This document shows positions 11,591-21,045 of a DNA stretch of 64,000 nucleotides, piece after piece. The position numbers were made by a program, and so were the translations under genes. The notes beneath the pieces were generated by a model that was given only the letters and a program-made list of their open reading frames with translations, ran no database searches and had not been told where the DNA came from. Each line of letters starts with the position of its first letter. The first letter of the stretch is position 1. The stretch is from Bacteroidia bacterium. GTDB lineage: Bacteria > Bacteroidota > Bacteroidia > NS11-12g > UBA9320. The stretch spans positions 320,001 through 384,000 of the forward strand of contig CBDCFW010000005.1 of NCBI GenBank assembly GCA_965216465.1, in the 5' to 3' direction.

Positions 11591-11809
11591 AGTTTAATTT
11601 TTTAGAAGTCTGCGAAGTTAATAAATCAATAAATATCTTGCTAACTTTAGACTGGATTGATAACATAAATATCAATCTACTATGATTTAACTTAAAAGCA
11701 ACTGCTTTACTACCAATACAGCATCGCTTTACTTCCGTTCAGCAGACAAAAATTTGAAAGCAAATTTCAAATAAAGGCGTAATTTGCGGTACCCAATTTT
11801 GATCCAGCA

Positions 11810-13204
11810 TTGAAAAACAAGTATTCTGACTTAATCGATCAAACGTTTCAATATCCCACTGAGGAATTTCATACCAATAAAGATGGCGAATTGATGTACC
11901 GTGATATCCGCATGTTAGACTTGGTTGAAAAGTATGGCACTCCGTTTCGCTTTAGCTACTTACCTAAAATTTCCGAGAATATTCAAAAAGCGAAATTCTG
12001 GTTTGCAGATGCTTTTGCAGAGCACAACTACAATGGCGAATATCATTACTGTTACTGCACTAAAAGTTCGCATTATAAGTTTGTAATCAAAGAGGCACTT
12101 AAGAACAATGTTCATTTAGAAACTTCAGCGGCTTTCGATCTCGACCTAATCAAAAAACTATATGATGAAGGTGAGTTCACGAATCAAATCTACATCATTT
12201 GCAATGGTTTCAAAACCGAACTCTACTTGAAAAAGATTATTGAATTGGTAGAAATGGGGTTTGAGAATCTTCATGTGGTGCTGGACAATACACGAGAAAT
12301 TGATGCATTAATCGGCAAAACGAATAAAAAAATCAAGCTAGGAATTCGCATCGCTTCAGAAGAGGAACCAAAATTTGAATTTTATACTTCTCGACTCGGT
12401 ATTGGTTACAAAGACATCATCCCACTTTATGAGAAGAAGATTAAGGATGTACCCAACATGGAGCTTACCATGCTTCATTTCTTTATCAATACAGGAATAA
12501 AAGACACCGCATATTACTGGAACGAGCTACGAAAATGTTTGATCGTTTACGCTCAGCTCAAAAAGGTATGCGACAGCTTATCATCGTTGAATATTGGAGG
12601 AGGATTCCCCATAAAAAGAAGTCTAAATTTCAACTATGACTATGCTTATATGATTAAAGAAATTGTTGGTCAAATCAAACAAGAATGCACCGATAAGCAA
12701 GTTAAAGAGCCTCACATCTTTACAGAATTTGGAAGTTTTACCGTTGGCGAAAGCGGTGGAACGGTTTACAAAATTTTGGATCAAAAAAAACAAAATGATC
12801 GCGAGAAATGGAACATGATCGACGGTTCGTTTATGACAACATTACCCGACGCATGGGCGATTTCTGACCGCTTCATTCTTCTTCCTTTAAACCATTGGAA
12901 CAAAGAATATGAACGCGTTTTGTTGGGTGGATTAACATGTGACAGCGACGATTATTACAACAGCGAGCAGCATGTAAATGCCATTTATCTTCCAACTACA
13001 ACAAGCGACAAGCCTCTGTATATTGGTTTTTTTAATACCGGAGCTTATCAGGAAACGCTCGGAGGACAAGGAGGCCTTCAACACTGTTTAATTCCTTCTC
13101 CCAAAAAGATTTTGCTGCATAAAGATAAAAATGGAAACTTGGTAGATGAACTTTTCTGTGAACAACAATCTGCTGAAAGCATGATGAATATTTTAGGTTA
13201 TTGA
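11810..13204 (+). CDS. speA: arginine decarboxylase (short Bacteroidota form)
   Basis: YCYCTKSSH (PLP Lys), EFYTSRLGI, NIGGG, GGLTCDSDDYY and GGLQHCL motifs; TTG start. Confidence 0.9.
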   Translation: MKNKYSDLIDQTFQYPTEEFHTNKDGELMYRDIRMLDLVEKYGTPFRFSYLPKISENIQKAKFWFADAFAEHNYNGEYHYCYCTKSSHYKFVIKEALKNNVHLETSAAFDLDLIKKLYDEGEFTNQIYIICNGFKTELYLKKIIELVEMGFENLHVVLDNTREIDALIGKTNKKIKLGIRIASEEEPKFEFYTSRLGIGYKDIIPLYEKKIKDVPNMELTMLHFFINTGIKDTAYYWNELRKCLIVYAQLKKVCDSLSSLNIGGGFPIKRSLNFNYDYAYMIKEIVGQIKQECTDKQVKEPHIFTEFGSFTVGESGGTVYKILDQKKQNDREKWNMIDGSFMTTLPDAWAISDRFILLPLNHWNKEYERVLLGGLTCDSDDYYNSEQHVNAIYLPTTTSDKPLYIGFFNTGAYQETLGGQGGLQHCLIPSPKKILLHKDKNGNLVDELFCEQQSAESMMNILGY

Positions 13205-13205
13205 G

Positions 13206-14171
13206 ATGAGTAATATTTCAGAATTTATAGATAAGTACTTTTTACATTTCAACGCAGCAAGTTTGGTTGATGCTGCAGACGAGTACAATAATCAATTGTC
13301 AAAAGGGAATAAGATGATGATCACTTTGGCTGGAGCAATGAGCACAGCTGAATTGGGTAAAATCTTAGCTGAAATGATAAGGCAAGATAAAGTGCACATT
13401 ATCAGCTGCACCGGTGCAAATCTTGAAGAAGATGTGATGAATTTAGTAGCACATGACCATTACGAACGTATTCCAAACTATCGAGATTTGACTCCTGAAG
13501 ATGAACAAGCATTGCTTGACCGTCATTTGAACCGAGTTACTGACACTTGCATTCCGGAAGAGGAAGCATTTAGAAGAATTCAAGGAAACATTTTTCGTTT
13601 TTGGAAGGCTGCCGAAACTGATGGGAAACGTTTTTTACCGCACGAATACTTGTATCAAATGTTACTTGATGGTTGCTTAGAAGAACACTATCAAATTGAC
13701 CCAAAAGACAGTTGGCTTTTAGCTGCTGCAGAAAAAAATTTGCCTATTGTCGTTCCTGGCTGGGAAGACAGCACGCTCGGAAATATTTTTGCTGGATACT
13801 GCATTAAACAGGAACTAAATCCAAGTACCATGAAATCAGGTATTGAATATATGACCTACCTTGCTGATTGGTATATTCAGACCTCCAAATCGAGTAAAAT
13901 TGGCTTTTTTCAGATTGGTGGAGGAATAGCTGGGGACTTTCCGATCTGCGTAGTTCCTATGCTCGAACAAGACCTCGAAATACCAACTGAACTTTGGAGC
14001 TATTTCTGTCAAATCTCAGACAGTACAACCAGTTACGGTTCGTATTCAGGAGCTGTTCCGAATGAAAAAATCACCTGGGGCAAGCTTGCAATTGATACCC
14101 CAAAATATATAATCGAAAGTGATGCAACCATTGTTGCTCCTCTAATATTTGCAAAAGTATTGGGTTGGTAA
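13206..14171 (+). CDS. deoxyhypusine synthase-like protein (probable homospermidine biosynthesis)
   Basis: LAGAMSTAE, CTGANLEED, IGGG, YGSYSGAVPNEKITWGK and SDATI motifs; 1-nt gap after speA. Confidence 0.88.
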   Translation: MSNISEFIDKYFLHFNAASLVDAADEYNNQLSKGNKMMITLAGAMSTAELGKILAEMIRQDKVHIISCTGANLEEDVMNLVAHDHYERIPNYRDLTPEDEQALLDRHLNRVTDTCIPEEEAFRRIQGNIFRFWKAAETDGKRFLPHEYLYQMLLDGCLEEHYQIDPKDSWLLAAAEKNLPIVVPGWEDSTLGNIFAGYCIKQELNPSTMKSGIEYMTYLADWYIQTSKSSKIGFFQIGGGIAGDFPICVVPMLEQDLEIPTELWSYFCQISDSTTSYGSYSGAVPNEKITWGKLAIDTPKYIIESDATIVAPLIFAKVLGW

Positions 14172-15077
14172 CTAGAGCTCTGCGTTCAACGTATTAATCA
14201 TCAGCCGAACTTGACTCAATCGCGATTGATTGTTTTCTTTCTCGTATGAAGTCTCTAAATTTTTCAGAATTCTGCGAATGATGCTTTGATTGCTGCACGC
14301 TTTAAAATATTCATCCTTAGGTTCTAGATTTAGTTGCTTTAGAAACTTATAGATGTTGTCTTTGTTAAAGATAAGACCATTATTGAATGGGTTGATGTAG
14401 AACATTACATCGCTTCCGGCTTCATCTCTTAAAATAGAATCATCGTTAAACTTCTTTAGCGGTTGCCATTCCAAATCTTTAATATATCCCAACACAAAAT
14501 GCTGTGGAAGGTTTACGCCATAAACCGGAATATTCAGACGTTGTGCAACAATTGAATAGATGATTGCCAAAGAGATTGGGTTTCCTTTTTTTCTTTCAAG
14601 CACCGAGCTAATAAAGGAGTTGCTACTTTGGTGGTAGTTATCTGTATCGCCTCTGAATTTGTGAACATCGAAAATGATATGATTTAGTATTTTGACCTTT
14701 TCAAAAGACGTGAGCTCGTAGTTTAATTCGAGCCAAGCATCCAGCTTTATTTTATCGAGTTTATTTTCAATAACTTGTTTATCGATGCTTGGGTTAATCA
14801 TCTTTTCGATGATTATAACGCCATCAAGCAAATCTTTATCTTCCGAATTAAGCCAGAGTTTTAGATCTCGAACAACAGTTTGTTGCGAGATGTTCTTAAT
14901 GATTTCGATGATTTTTTCCTGCCTTTTGGTATTCTGTTCGTCAGGCCAGGTTTTCTCAAGAAAAGGGATAATCTCTTCACCCAAGGCAAAAAGCTTTTCT
15001 TCGATGTGTTCTATAACCCGCTCATCATTGTCGTCGAGCAGGTACAGCATCGACTTTATTTCCTTTTCATTAATCAT
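14172..15077 (-). CDS. transglutaminase-like SirB1 family protein
   Basis: LLDD N-terminus; GNPISLAIIY, GVNLPQHF and FYINPFN motifs. Confidence 0.8.
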   Translation of the reverse strand: MINEKEIKSMLYLLDDNDERVIEHIEEKLFALGEEIIPFLEKTWPDEQNTKRQEKIIEIIKNISQQTVVRDLKLWLNSEDKDLLDGVIIIEKMINPSIDKQVIENKLDKIKLDAWLELNYELTSFEKVKILNHIIFDVHKFRGDTDNYHQSSNSFISSVLERKKGNPISLAIIYSIVAQRLNIPVYGVNLPQHFVLGYIKDLEWQPLKKFNDDSILRDEAGSDVMFYINPFNNGLIFNKDNIYKFLKQLNLEPKDEYFKACSNQSIIRRILKNLETSYEKENNQSRLSQVRLMINTLNAEL

Positions 15078-15139
15078 TTCGTCTTATCAAATATAGAGAA
15101 CGAAATGAAAATCGGTAATTTTTTTTGAAAGCGGGTGAA

Positions 15140-17437
15140 TTACTTTTTCTTTCCTCGCTTAGTAGGCTGATTTGCCATTATTTCCTTCACCTCTTCATAG
15201 GTAAGTTCTGCTGGCTCTTTGTCTTTTGGAATTTTAAAATTCTTTCTTCCAGACTTAATGTACGGACCGTAGCGACCGTTCAAGACTTGGGTTTTATCGT
15301 CTTCTTCAAACTCCTTAATAATTCGGTTTGCATCGGCAGCTCTCTTTTCCAAAATTAGCTCAACTGCTCTATCCAATGTGATTGACATCACATCCTCTTC
15401 CTTTGGAATCGAAGCAAAAAGTCGATTGTGCTGAACATAAGGACCAAATCTTCCAACGTTGGCCTTAACTTCAACATCCTCAAATGTCCCTAAAATACGA
15501 GGAAGCTTAAATAGCTCCAATGCCACTTGGAGTGTAATTGAATCAAGTGTATGTCCTTTAGGAATACCCGCAAACTTTGGTTTTTCTTCGCTGTCTGCTT
15601 CACCAATTTGAACCATTGGACCAAACCTTCCGATTCTGGCGACAACTCTTTGACCGGTTTTAGGATCAACTCCTAATTCTCGTTCACCGGTTGCTCTTTC
15701 TGCAGTTTCTAGGGTTTTTTCAACTTCCTTGCTAAAAGGCTTATAGAAGGTATCGATCATTTCAGACCAATTTTTCATGCCTTCGGCAATTTCATCAAAT
15801 TCTTTTTCTACAGATGCCGTAAACCCATAATCCATTATATCGCCAAAATGTTCGATTAAGAATTCGGTTACCACTCTACCAATATCGCTAGGATGCATTT
15901 TATTCTTATCGGCTCCTGAAACCTCTGTTTCAGTTTTCGATGAGATTGCTCCATCTTTCAAAGTAAAAATCTCGTATGTACGTTTTACTCCTTCAATTGG
16001 ATCTTTTACCACGTATCCTCTTTTCTGAATAGTTGAAATAGTAGGGGCATACGTACTCGGTCTTCCTATTCCTAACTCTTCGAGACGCTTAACTAAACTT
16101 GCCTCTGTAAATCGAGCTGGTGGACGCGTGTATCGTTGGGTAGCGGTAATTGAATTGACGTCTAATGTCTCTCCTTCATTTACTTTTGGTAAAATCCCAC
16201 TGTCTTCTTCTACGTTTTCGTCGTCAGTTCCTTCCAAGTATACTTTCAAGAATCCATCGAATTTGATAACCTCTCCTTTTGCTTTGAAGAGCTGATCATT
16301 CTTGTCGTTCTCGATATCAATGGTTGTTCTTTCTAACTCTGCAGAACTCATTTGAGAAGCTATAGCTCGCTTCCAAATTAAGTTATACAAACGCTGTTGC
16401 GCTTCATCAGCTCCCGCGTTTTTGGCTGCAAATGAAGTAGGACGTATAGCCTCGTGAGCCTCTTGTGCTCCGCTCGATTTAGTGGTATACTTTCTTACTT
16501 GAGAATATTCAGCACCATACTCTTTTTCAATTTCTTCTTTGGCAGTGGAGATGGCAAAATCACTTAAATTTACGGAGTCCGTTCTCATATAAGTAATATG
16601 TCCGTTCTCATATAAACGTTGAGCCAAAGACATGGTACGAGCCACACCATAACCAAGTTTTCTACTCGCCTCTTGTTGAAGCGTAGATGTTGTAAACGGT
16701 GCAGATGGATTTCTTTTTGCTGGAGAAACGCTCACCTTAGCTACACGGAACTTTGCTCCTATACAGCTTTCTAAATAAGCAGATACCTCGTCAGAAGTTT
16801 CAGGGCGTTTAGCTAAATCTGCCTTTATTTTTTTACCTGATGAAGTGAACTCAGCTTGTACACGAAATGCAGATGTAGGAACAAAAGCTTTAATCTCTTG
16901 CTCGCGTTCTACGATTAGTCGAACCGCCACACTTTGCACGCGACCTGCACTTAACGAAGGTTTAACCTTTCTCCATAAAACAGGAGATAGTTGGAAACCA
17001 ACTAAGCGGTCTAAAATTCTTCTAGCTTGCTGTGCGTTAACAAGATCTTCATTAATGCTTCGCGGATTCTCAATAGCATTTAAGATTGCCGTTTTCGTAA
17101 TCTCGTGAAAAACAATACGTTTTGTATTTGATGGCTTAAGGTCTAAAACCTCAGCCAAGTGCCATGAAATAGCTTCTCCTTCACGGTCCTCATCCGAAGC
17201 CAACCACACTGTTTCTGCAGTTTTAGCAAGTTTCTTAAGTTCCGAAACTACTTTCTTTTTGTCGGTAGATACAATGTATTTTGGTAAGTACCCTTTGGCA
17301 ATATCAATTGCTTCATCGCCTTTAGGTAAGTCTCTAATATGACCAAAGCAAGATTTAACGGTAAAATCTTCGCCTAAGTATTTCTCAATGGTTTTTGCTT
17401 TTGCAGGTGACTCTACTATTACGAGGTTTTTCGACAT
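15140..17437 (-). CDS. topA: DNA topoisomerase I
   Basis: LVIVESPAKAKTI, SDEDREGE, SAGRVQS, ITYMRTDS (catalytic Tyr) and C-terminal GRFGPY repeats. Confidence 0.97.
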   Translation of the reverse strand: MSKNLVIVESPAKAKTIEKYLGEDFTVKSCFGHIRDLPKGDEAIDIAKGYLPKYIVSTDKKKVVSELKKLAKTAETVWLASDEDREGEAISWHLAEVLDLKPSNTKRIVFHEITKTAILNAIENPRSINEDLVNAQQARRILDRLVGFQLSPVLWRKVKPSLSAGRVQSVAVRLIVEREQEIKAFVPTSAFRVQAEFTSSGKKIKADLAKRPETSDEVSAYLESCIGAKFRVAKVSVSPAKRNPSAPFTTSTLQQEASRKLGYGVARTMSLAQRLYENGHITYMRTDSVNLSDFAISTAKEEIEKEYGAEYSQVRKYTTKSSGAQEAHEAIRPTSFAAKNAGADEAQQRLYNLIWKRAIASQMSSAELERTTIDIENDKNDQLFKAKGEVIKFDGFLKVYLEGTDDENVEEDSGILPKVNEGETLDVNSITATQRYTRPPARFTEASLVKRLEELGIGRPSTYAPTISTIQKRGYVVKDPIEGVKRTYEIFTLKDGAISSKTETEVSGADKNKMHPSDIGRVVTEFLIEHFGDIMDYGFTASVEKEFDEIAEGMKNWSEMIDTFYKPFSKEVEKTLETAERATGERELGVDPKTGQRVVARIGRFGPMVQIGEADSEEKPKFAGIPKGHTLDSITLQVALELFKLPRILGTFEDVEVKANVGRFGPYVQHNRLFASIPKEEDVMSITLDRAVELILEKRAADANRIIKEFEEDDKTQVLNGRYGPYIKSGRKNFKIPKDKEPAELTYEEVKEIMANQPTKRGKKK

Positions 17438-17439
17438 CC

Positions 17440-19512
17440 TTATCTGTTTATAACCAGCTTCTTAGTCCATCTTTCACCTTCGGTTTCAATACGCACGGTG
17501 TACATGCCATTTGGTAAACTTGAGGTGTTAATGTTACGCTGATTCTGATTCAAATTTTGCTGCAAAAGTAATCGACCTGTAATATCTACAATAGAAACTT
17601 TAAAACTTGAATGATTTTCAGATAGGTTTATTGTCACTTGGTCTTGTGCTGGATTTGGAACCAAATTAAGATCAAGATCACCTTCATAGGAAGGAACTGA
17701 AAGTCCATAAGACCCAATATTTATGTCATCTAAAAAGATTGAATTTCCGCTTTGACTAACAGCTGTGAATTTTACAATAAGGTTGTCATTGTCGTCAAAA
17801 CGTGAAAGATCAATTTCTTTATATACCCAATCACTTTGTGAAGTTGGAATCCACCCTGGTCGAATTTCTCCATCGCCTAAGCCATTGTTGGCATGAAAAC
17901 CATTCACTATTCTCCACGATTCACCACAGTCTTCAGAAACATAAGCTAAAAGCGTTTCAGTGAAGTCTTCGTAACGAGGAGAGTATGCCGCCTTAAAACT
18001 TAATTTAAGAGGGCCTTCATGGTTGGTCAAATCAACAGGAGGTAGAATTAAATCATATCTCGCCATGAAAATTCCAAATTGATTGACTTTGGCCTCTAAG
18101 CATTCATTACCCGAATATCCAACAGCGGTCGTACGTCTCCATCCCCAATCGATATGTTTCTCCATGGTCCAGTCTTGAATATCTTCAAGGTCTGCAAAAT
18201 CAGTTCCGTAAGGAGCATCCAACTCAGCAGCCTCAGGCAATACTGTGATCATTGCAGTTCGTTTTAACGATGTTGTGCCAAGAGCATTAGACACTTCAAG
18301 TTCAACTTCATAAGTTCCTGGAGTGTTATAAACTACAGTTGGATTTTCGTACGTAGACTCTAAAGGACTTCCTCCTTGAAATTTCCACGTGCGGTCATCA
18401 ACTTCTCCATTATACGTATAGTCAATAAACTTTAATGCTTCACCAGCACAAATGGTAATTCTACCACTCTCTGTCCAAAAGTCAGCTTGAGGACCACAAT
18501 TAGGAGATGTGTTTACTCCAGTAGCCACAATATTATTGGGCTCAATATTTCTTCCTCTTAAATTACTATTCGCTAAAAATGCATCAACTCTAGCCTTCTG
18601 ACCTTTGGTAAACATATTCATACATGCATCATCTGAGTAATCCATGTAATTTTCGATATTATCTATTTCATTAGGAGAATCATTCCCGCAGGTGTTTGCA
18701 CCTTTAGTACATCCTCTAGAAGCTTCAGCAACAGGAGGAGTATCATCAACTCTATCTGTCCAATTCTTTACTGTTGTGCAACCACCTTGAAAAGTATGGT
18801 ATAAACCTAACCAGTGTCCAATCTCGTGGGTTAACGTTCTTCCTGTTTGGTTGGATGTTCCAATCGTTCCTACTTCATCAGAGCGGATTACAATTCCATC
18901 GCGAGAGCTTGCATTATTATCTCCTGGGAATACCGCATAACCTAAAATTCTTGTTCCGGTATTCAAATCTCCATCGTCGATAGTATTAACCACCCAGATA
19001 TTTAAATACTTTCTGTAATCCCACATCACAACTGATTTACACCAGTCGTATCCATCAGGTTCATCGGTTAAATGTGAATAGTGGCGGGTTATTCCCTCCG
19101 TGCATGACCCGTCTGGAGCCACACGAGCAAGCTTAAATTCTAATTCAAAGTTTGCTGCACGATCTTTAAAAACTGCTGGTGTATTTACCGTATCTGCATT
19201 TAGACGTTGAAAGTCTTCATTCAATACACGAATTTGGTCTTCGATTTGTTCTTTGGTAATATTTTCTTCACCATATTGGTGAATAACATGAAACACTACA
19301 GGAATGGTTCGAATTGCCTTTTTATTCTTGTAATCATAACTTTCTTGAAACTCAAAATCAACTTGGCTGTCGATGAAGTCGGCAAAAGTTTCACCTTCAT
19401 TTAGGAAATCGTTTAAAGACATTTGAGCACGTTCGTCGGTACCACACTGGGCGTATGATGACAAGCTTGAAATTGCTAAAATGCTGAGGACTAAGTATTT
19501 AAATATATTCAT
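17440..19512 (-). CDS. M43 (pappalysin/ulilysin-like) zinc metalloprotease with PKD domain and T9SS C-terminal sorting domain
   Basis: Signal peptide, CGT cysteine switch, IPVVFH, HEIGHWLGLYH, NYMDY Met-turn, PKD-like W.F.GG...YNTPGTY and PNPA...GMY...KKLVI CTD. Confidence 0.9.
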   Translation of the reverse strand: MNIFKYLVLSILAISSLSSYAQCGTDERAQMSLNDFLNEGETFADFIDSQVDFEFQESYDYKNKKAIRTIPVVFHVIHQYGEENITKEQIEDQIRVLNEDFQRLNADTVNTPAVFKDRAANFELEFKLARVAPDGSCTEGITRHYSHLTDEPDGYDWCKSVVMWDYRKYLNIWVVNTIDDGDLNTGTRILGYAVFPGDNNASSRDGIVIRSDEVGTIGTSNQTGRTLTHEIGHWLGLYHTFQGGCTTVKNWTDRVDDTPPVAEASRGCTKGANTCGNDSPNEIDNIENYMDYSDDACMNMFTKGQKARVDAFLANSNLRGRNIEPNNIVATGVNTSPNCGPQADFWTESGRITICAGEALKFIDYTYNGEVDDRTWKFQGGSPLESTYENPTVVYNTPGTYEVELEVSNALGTTSLKRTAMITVLPEAAELDAPYGTDFADLEDIQDWTMEKHIDWGWRRTTAVGYSGNECLEAKVNQFGIFMARYDLILPPVDLTNHEGPLKLSFKAAYSPRYEDFTETLLAYVSEDCGESWRIVNGFHANNGLGDGEIRPGWIPTSQSDWVYKEIDLSRFDDNDNLIVKFTAVSQSGNSIFLDDINIGSYGLSVPSYEGDLDLNLVPNPAQDQVTINLSENHSSFKVSIVDITGRLLLQQNLNQNQRNINTSSLPNGMYTVRIETEGERWTKKLVINR

Positions 19513-19604
19513 GTTAAACGTAGTGCAAATAGAACTAAAAAAGTGATTTAATGGTTCATTATCATTGACATTTTAAAGTAATGTTTGATTCCATTTGAGT
19601 TGAA

Positions 19605-21005
19605 TTAGTCGGCTACTTTTTCTGAAGAAGCAATTATCGAAGAAACAGTGGCATCACCTGTAACATTTACCACTGTTCTGCACATGTCTAATATTCTGTC
19701 GACGGGTAAAATGATGGCAATCCATGCTGGATTAAGGCCAACACTTTCTAATACCACAATCATCAACACAAGACCTGCACTAGGTACAGCAGCCGCTCCA
19801 ATTGACGCCAAAGTAGCGGTCAATACAATAATTATCTGTTGTGTTATATCCAGATCAATCATATGAAATTGAGCCATAGCCACAACAGCGATTCCTTGGT
19901 ATAGACTTGTTCCATCCATATTTACTGTAGCCCCAATGGGCAACACAAAACTTGAAATGGATTTAGGCACCTTCAACTCTTCATGAACACAATCCATTGT
20001 TACCGGAAGTGTTGCCATTGAAGACGAAGTTGAAAATGCGGTAAGTTGAGCTTGACTAATTCCTTTTAAGAAGTTTTTAGGGCTAATCTTTTTAACAAAT
20101 AGTTTGATTAAGGTCGGATAAAAGAGAAAAGCAACAACAGCCAACGCCAATACCACAACAATTGAGTACGCTCCTAAGAAGTACAGTTGTTCCATGAGTT
20201 TATCCAGATTCTTTCCAGCGGCCTCCACTAGGCTACCAGCCATAAGCATAAATACAAAGAATGGCATACTTTTAATCACGATGTTAACCATGGTTATAAA
20301 CACCTCATTCAAGCCCGTCATTAAGTTGTTTACCGGCTCGGCATGCTTTTTCTCAATCATTAAAAGCACCAATCCAAAGAATATCGAGAAGAAGATGATT
20401 TGCAACATCTCCATTTCTGCCAGAGCAACAATTATGTTTTTGGGAATAACATCTACTAAGGGTGCCAACGGACCTTTATTCTTTTGAGCTCGAGCTTTCT
20501 CTATTTTATCTTGAACCTCTTCGTTAACCCCTTCTTGCAGTACCCTCGCTTTGACCTCATCCACTAAATCGTTGTATTGTGGGTCTGTAAGCAGGCTTTT
20601 TTCATCTAGTCGTGGTACATCTTCATTTTGAGCCAACCACAACTCATATTCAATACGTTTCTCAATCCGTGAGTCTTCTGAAGGATAGGTACCTGGCTGC
20701 AAAAGATTTACAAGCAAAAGCCCTAAAAGAATTGCACTCATAGTAGTTCCAACATAGATAAGTAGCGTTTTTACCCCGACACGCCCCAATTGCTTTATGT
20801 TCTTAAGCGAGCCAATACCTGTGATGATTGAAAACATAACCAATGGCACAGCAATCAGCTTAAGAATATTGATAAATATATCGCCAAATGGGCTGATGTA
20901 TGACTTGGTAAATTCGAGCCAACCTTGATCAACTGCTATAACCGCATATACTATTCCTAAGATCAAGGCGATGATCACTTGCCAATGAAGTGCAATTTTT
21001 TTCAT
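19605..21005 (-). CDS. dicarboxylate/amino acid:cation symporter (DAACS/GltP family)
   Basis: AFSTSSSMATLP, PIGATVNMDGT and DRILDMCRTVVNVTGD motifs. Confidence 0.93.
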   Translation of the reverse strand: MKKIALHWQVIIALILGIVYAVIAVDQGWLEFTKSYISPFGDIFINILKLIAVPLVMFSIITGIGSLKNIKQLGRVGVKTLLIYVGTTMSAILLGLLLVNLLQPGTYPSEDSRIEKRIEYELWLAQNEDVPRLDEKSLLTDPQYNDLVDEVKARVLQEGVNEEVQDKIEKARAQKNKGPLAPLVDVIPKNIIVALAEMEMLQIIFFSIFFGLVLLMIEKKHAEPVNNLMTGLNEVFITMVNIVIKSMPFFVFMLMAGSLVEAAGKNLDKLMEQLYFLGAYSIVVVLALAVVAFLFYPTLIKLFVKKISPKNFLKGISQAQLTAFSTSSSMATLPVTMDCVHEELKVPKSISSFVLPIGATVNMDGTSLYQGIAVVAMAQFHMIDLDITQQIIIVLTATLASIGAAAVPSAGLVLMIVVLESVGLNPAWIAIILPVDRILDMCRTVVNVTGDATVSSIIASSEKVAD

Positions 21006-21045
21006 GGCTTCAATGTTATGAAAAATTAATTAGAAAGGTAGAACC

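Noticed and set aside
11472-11675. 67-aa minus-strand ORF overlapping the uvrA 5' end, considered as a frameshifted uvrA N-terminus
   Set aside because: The conserved UvrA N-terminus is entirely in the main frame. This ORF has no UvrA similarity and starts upstream of the likely promoter.
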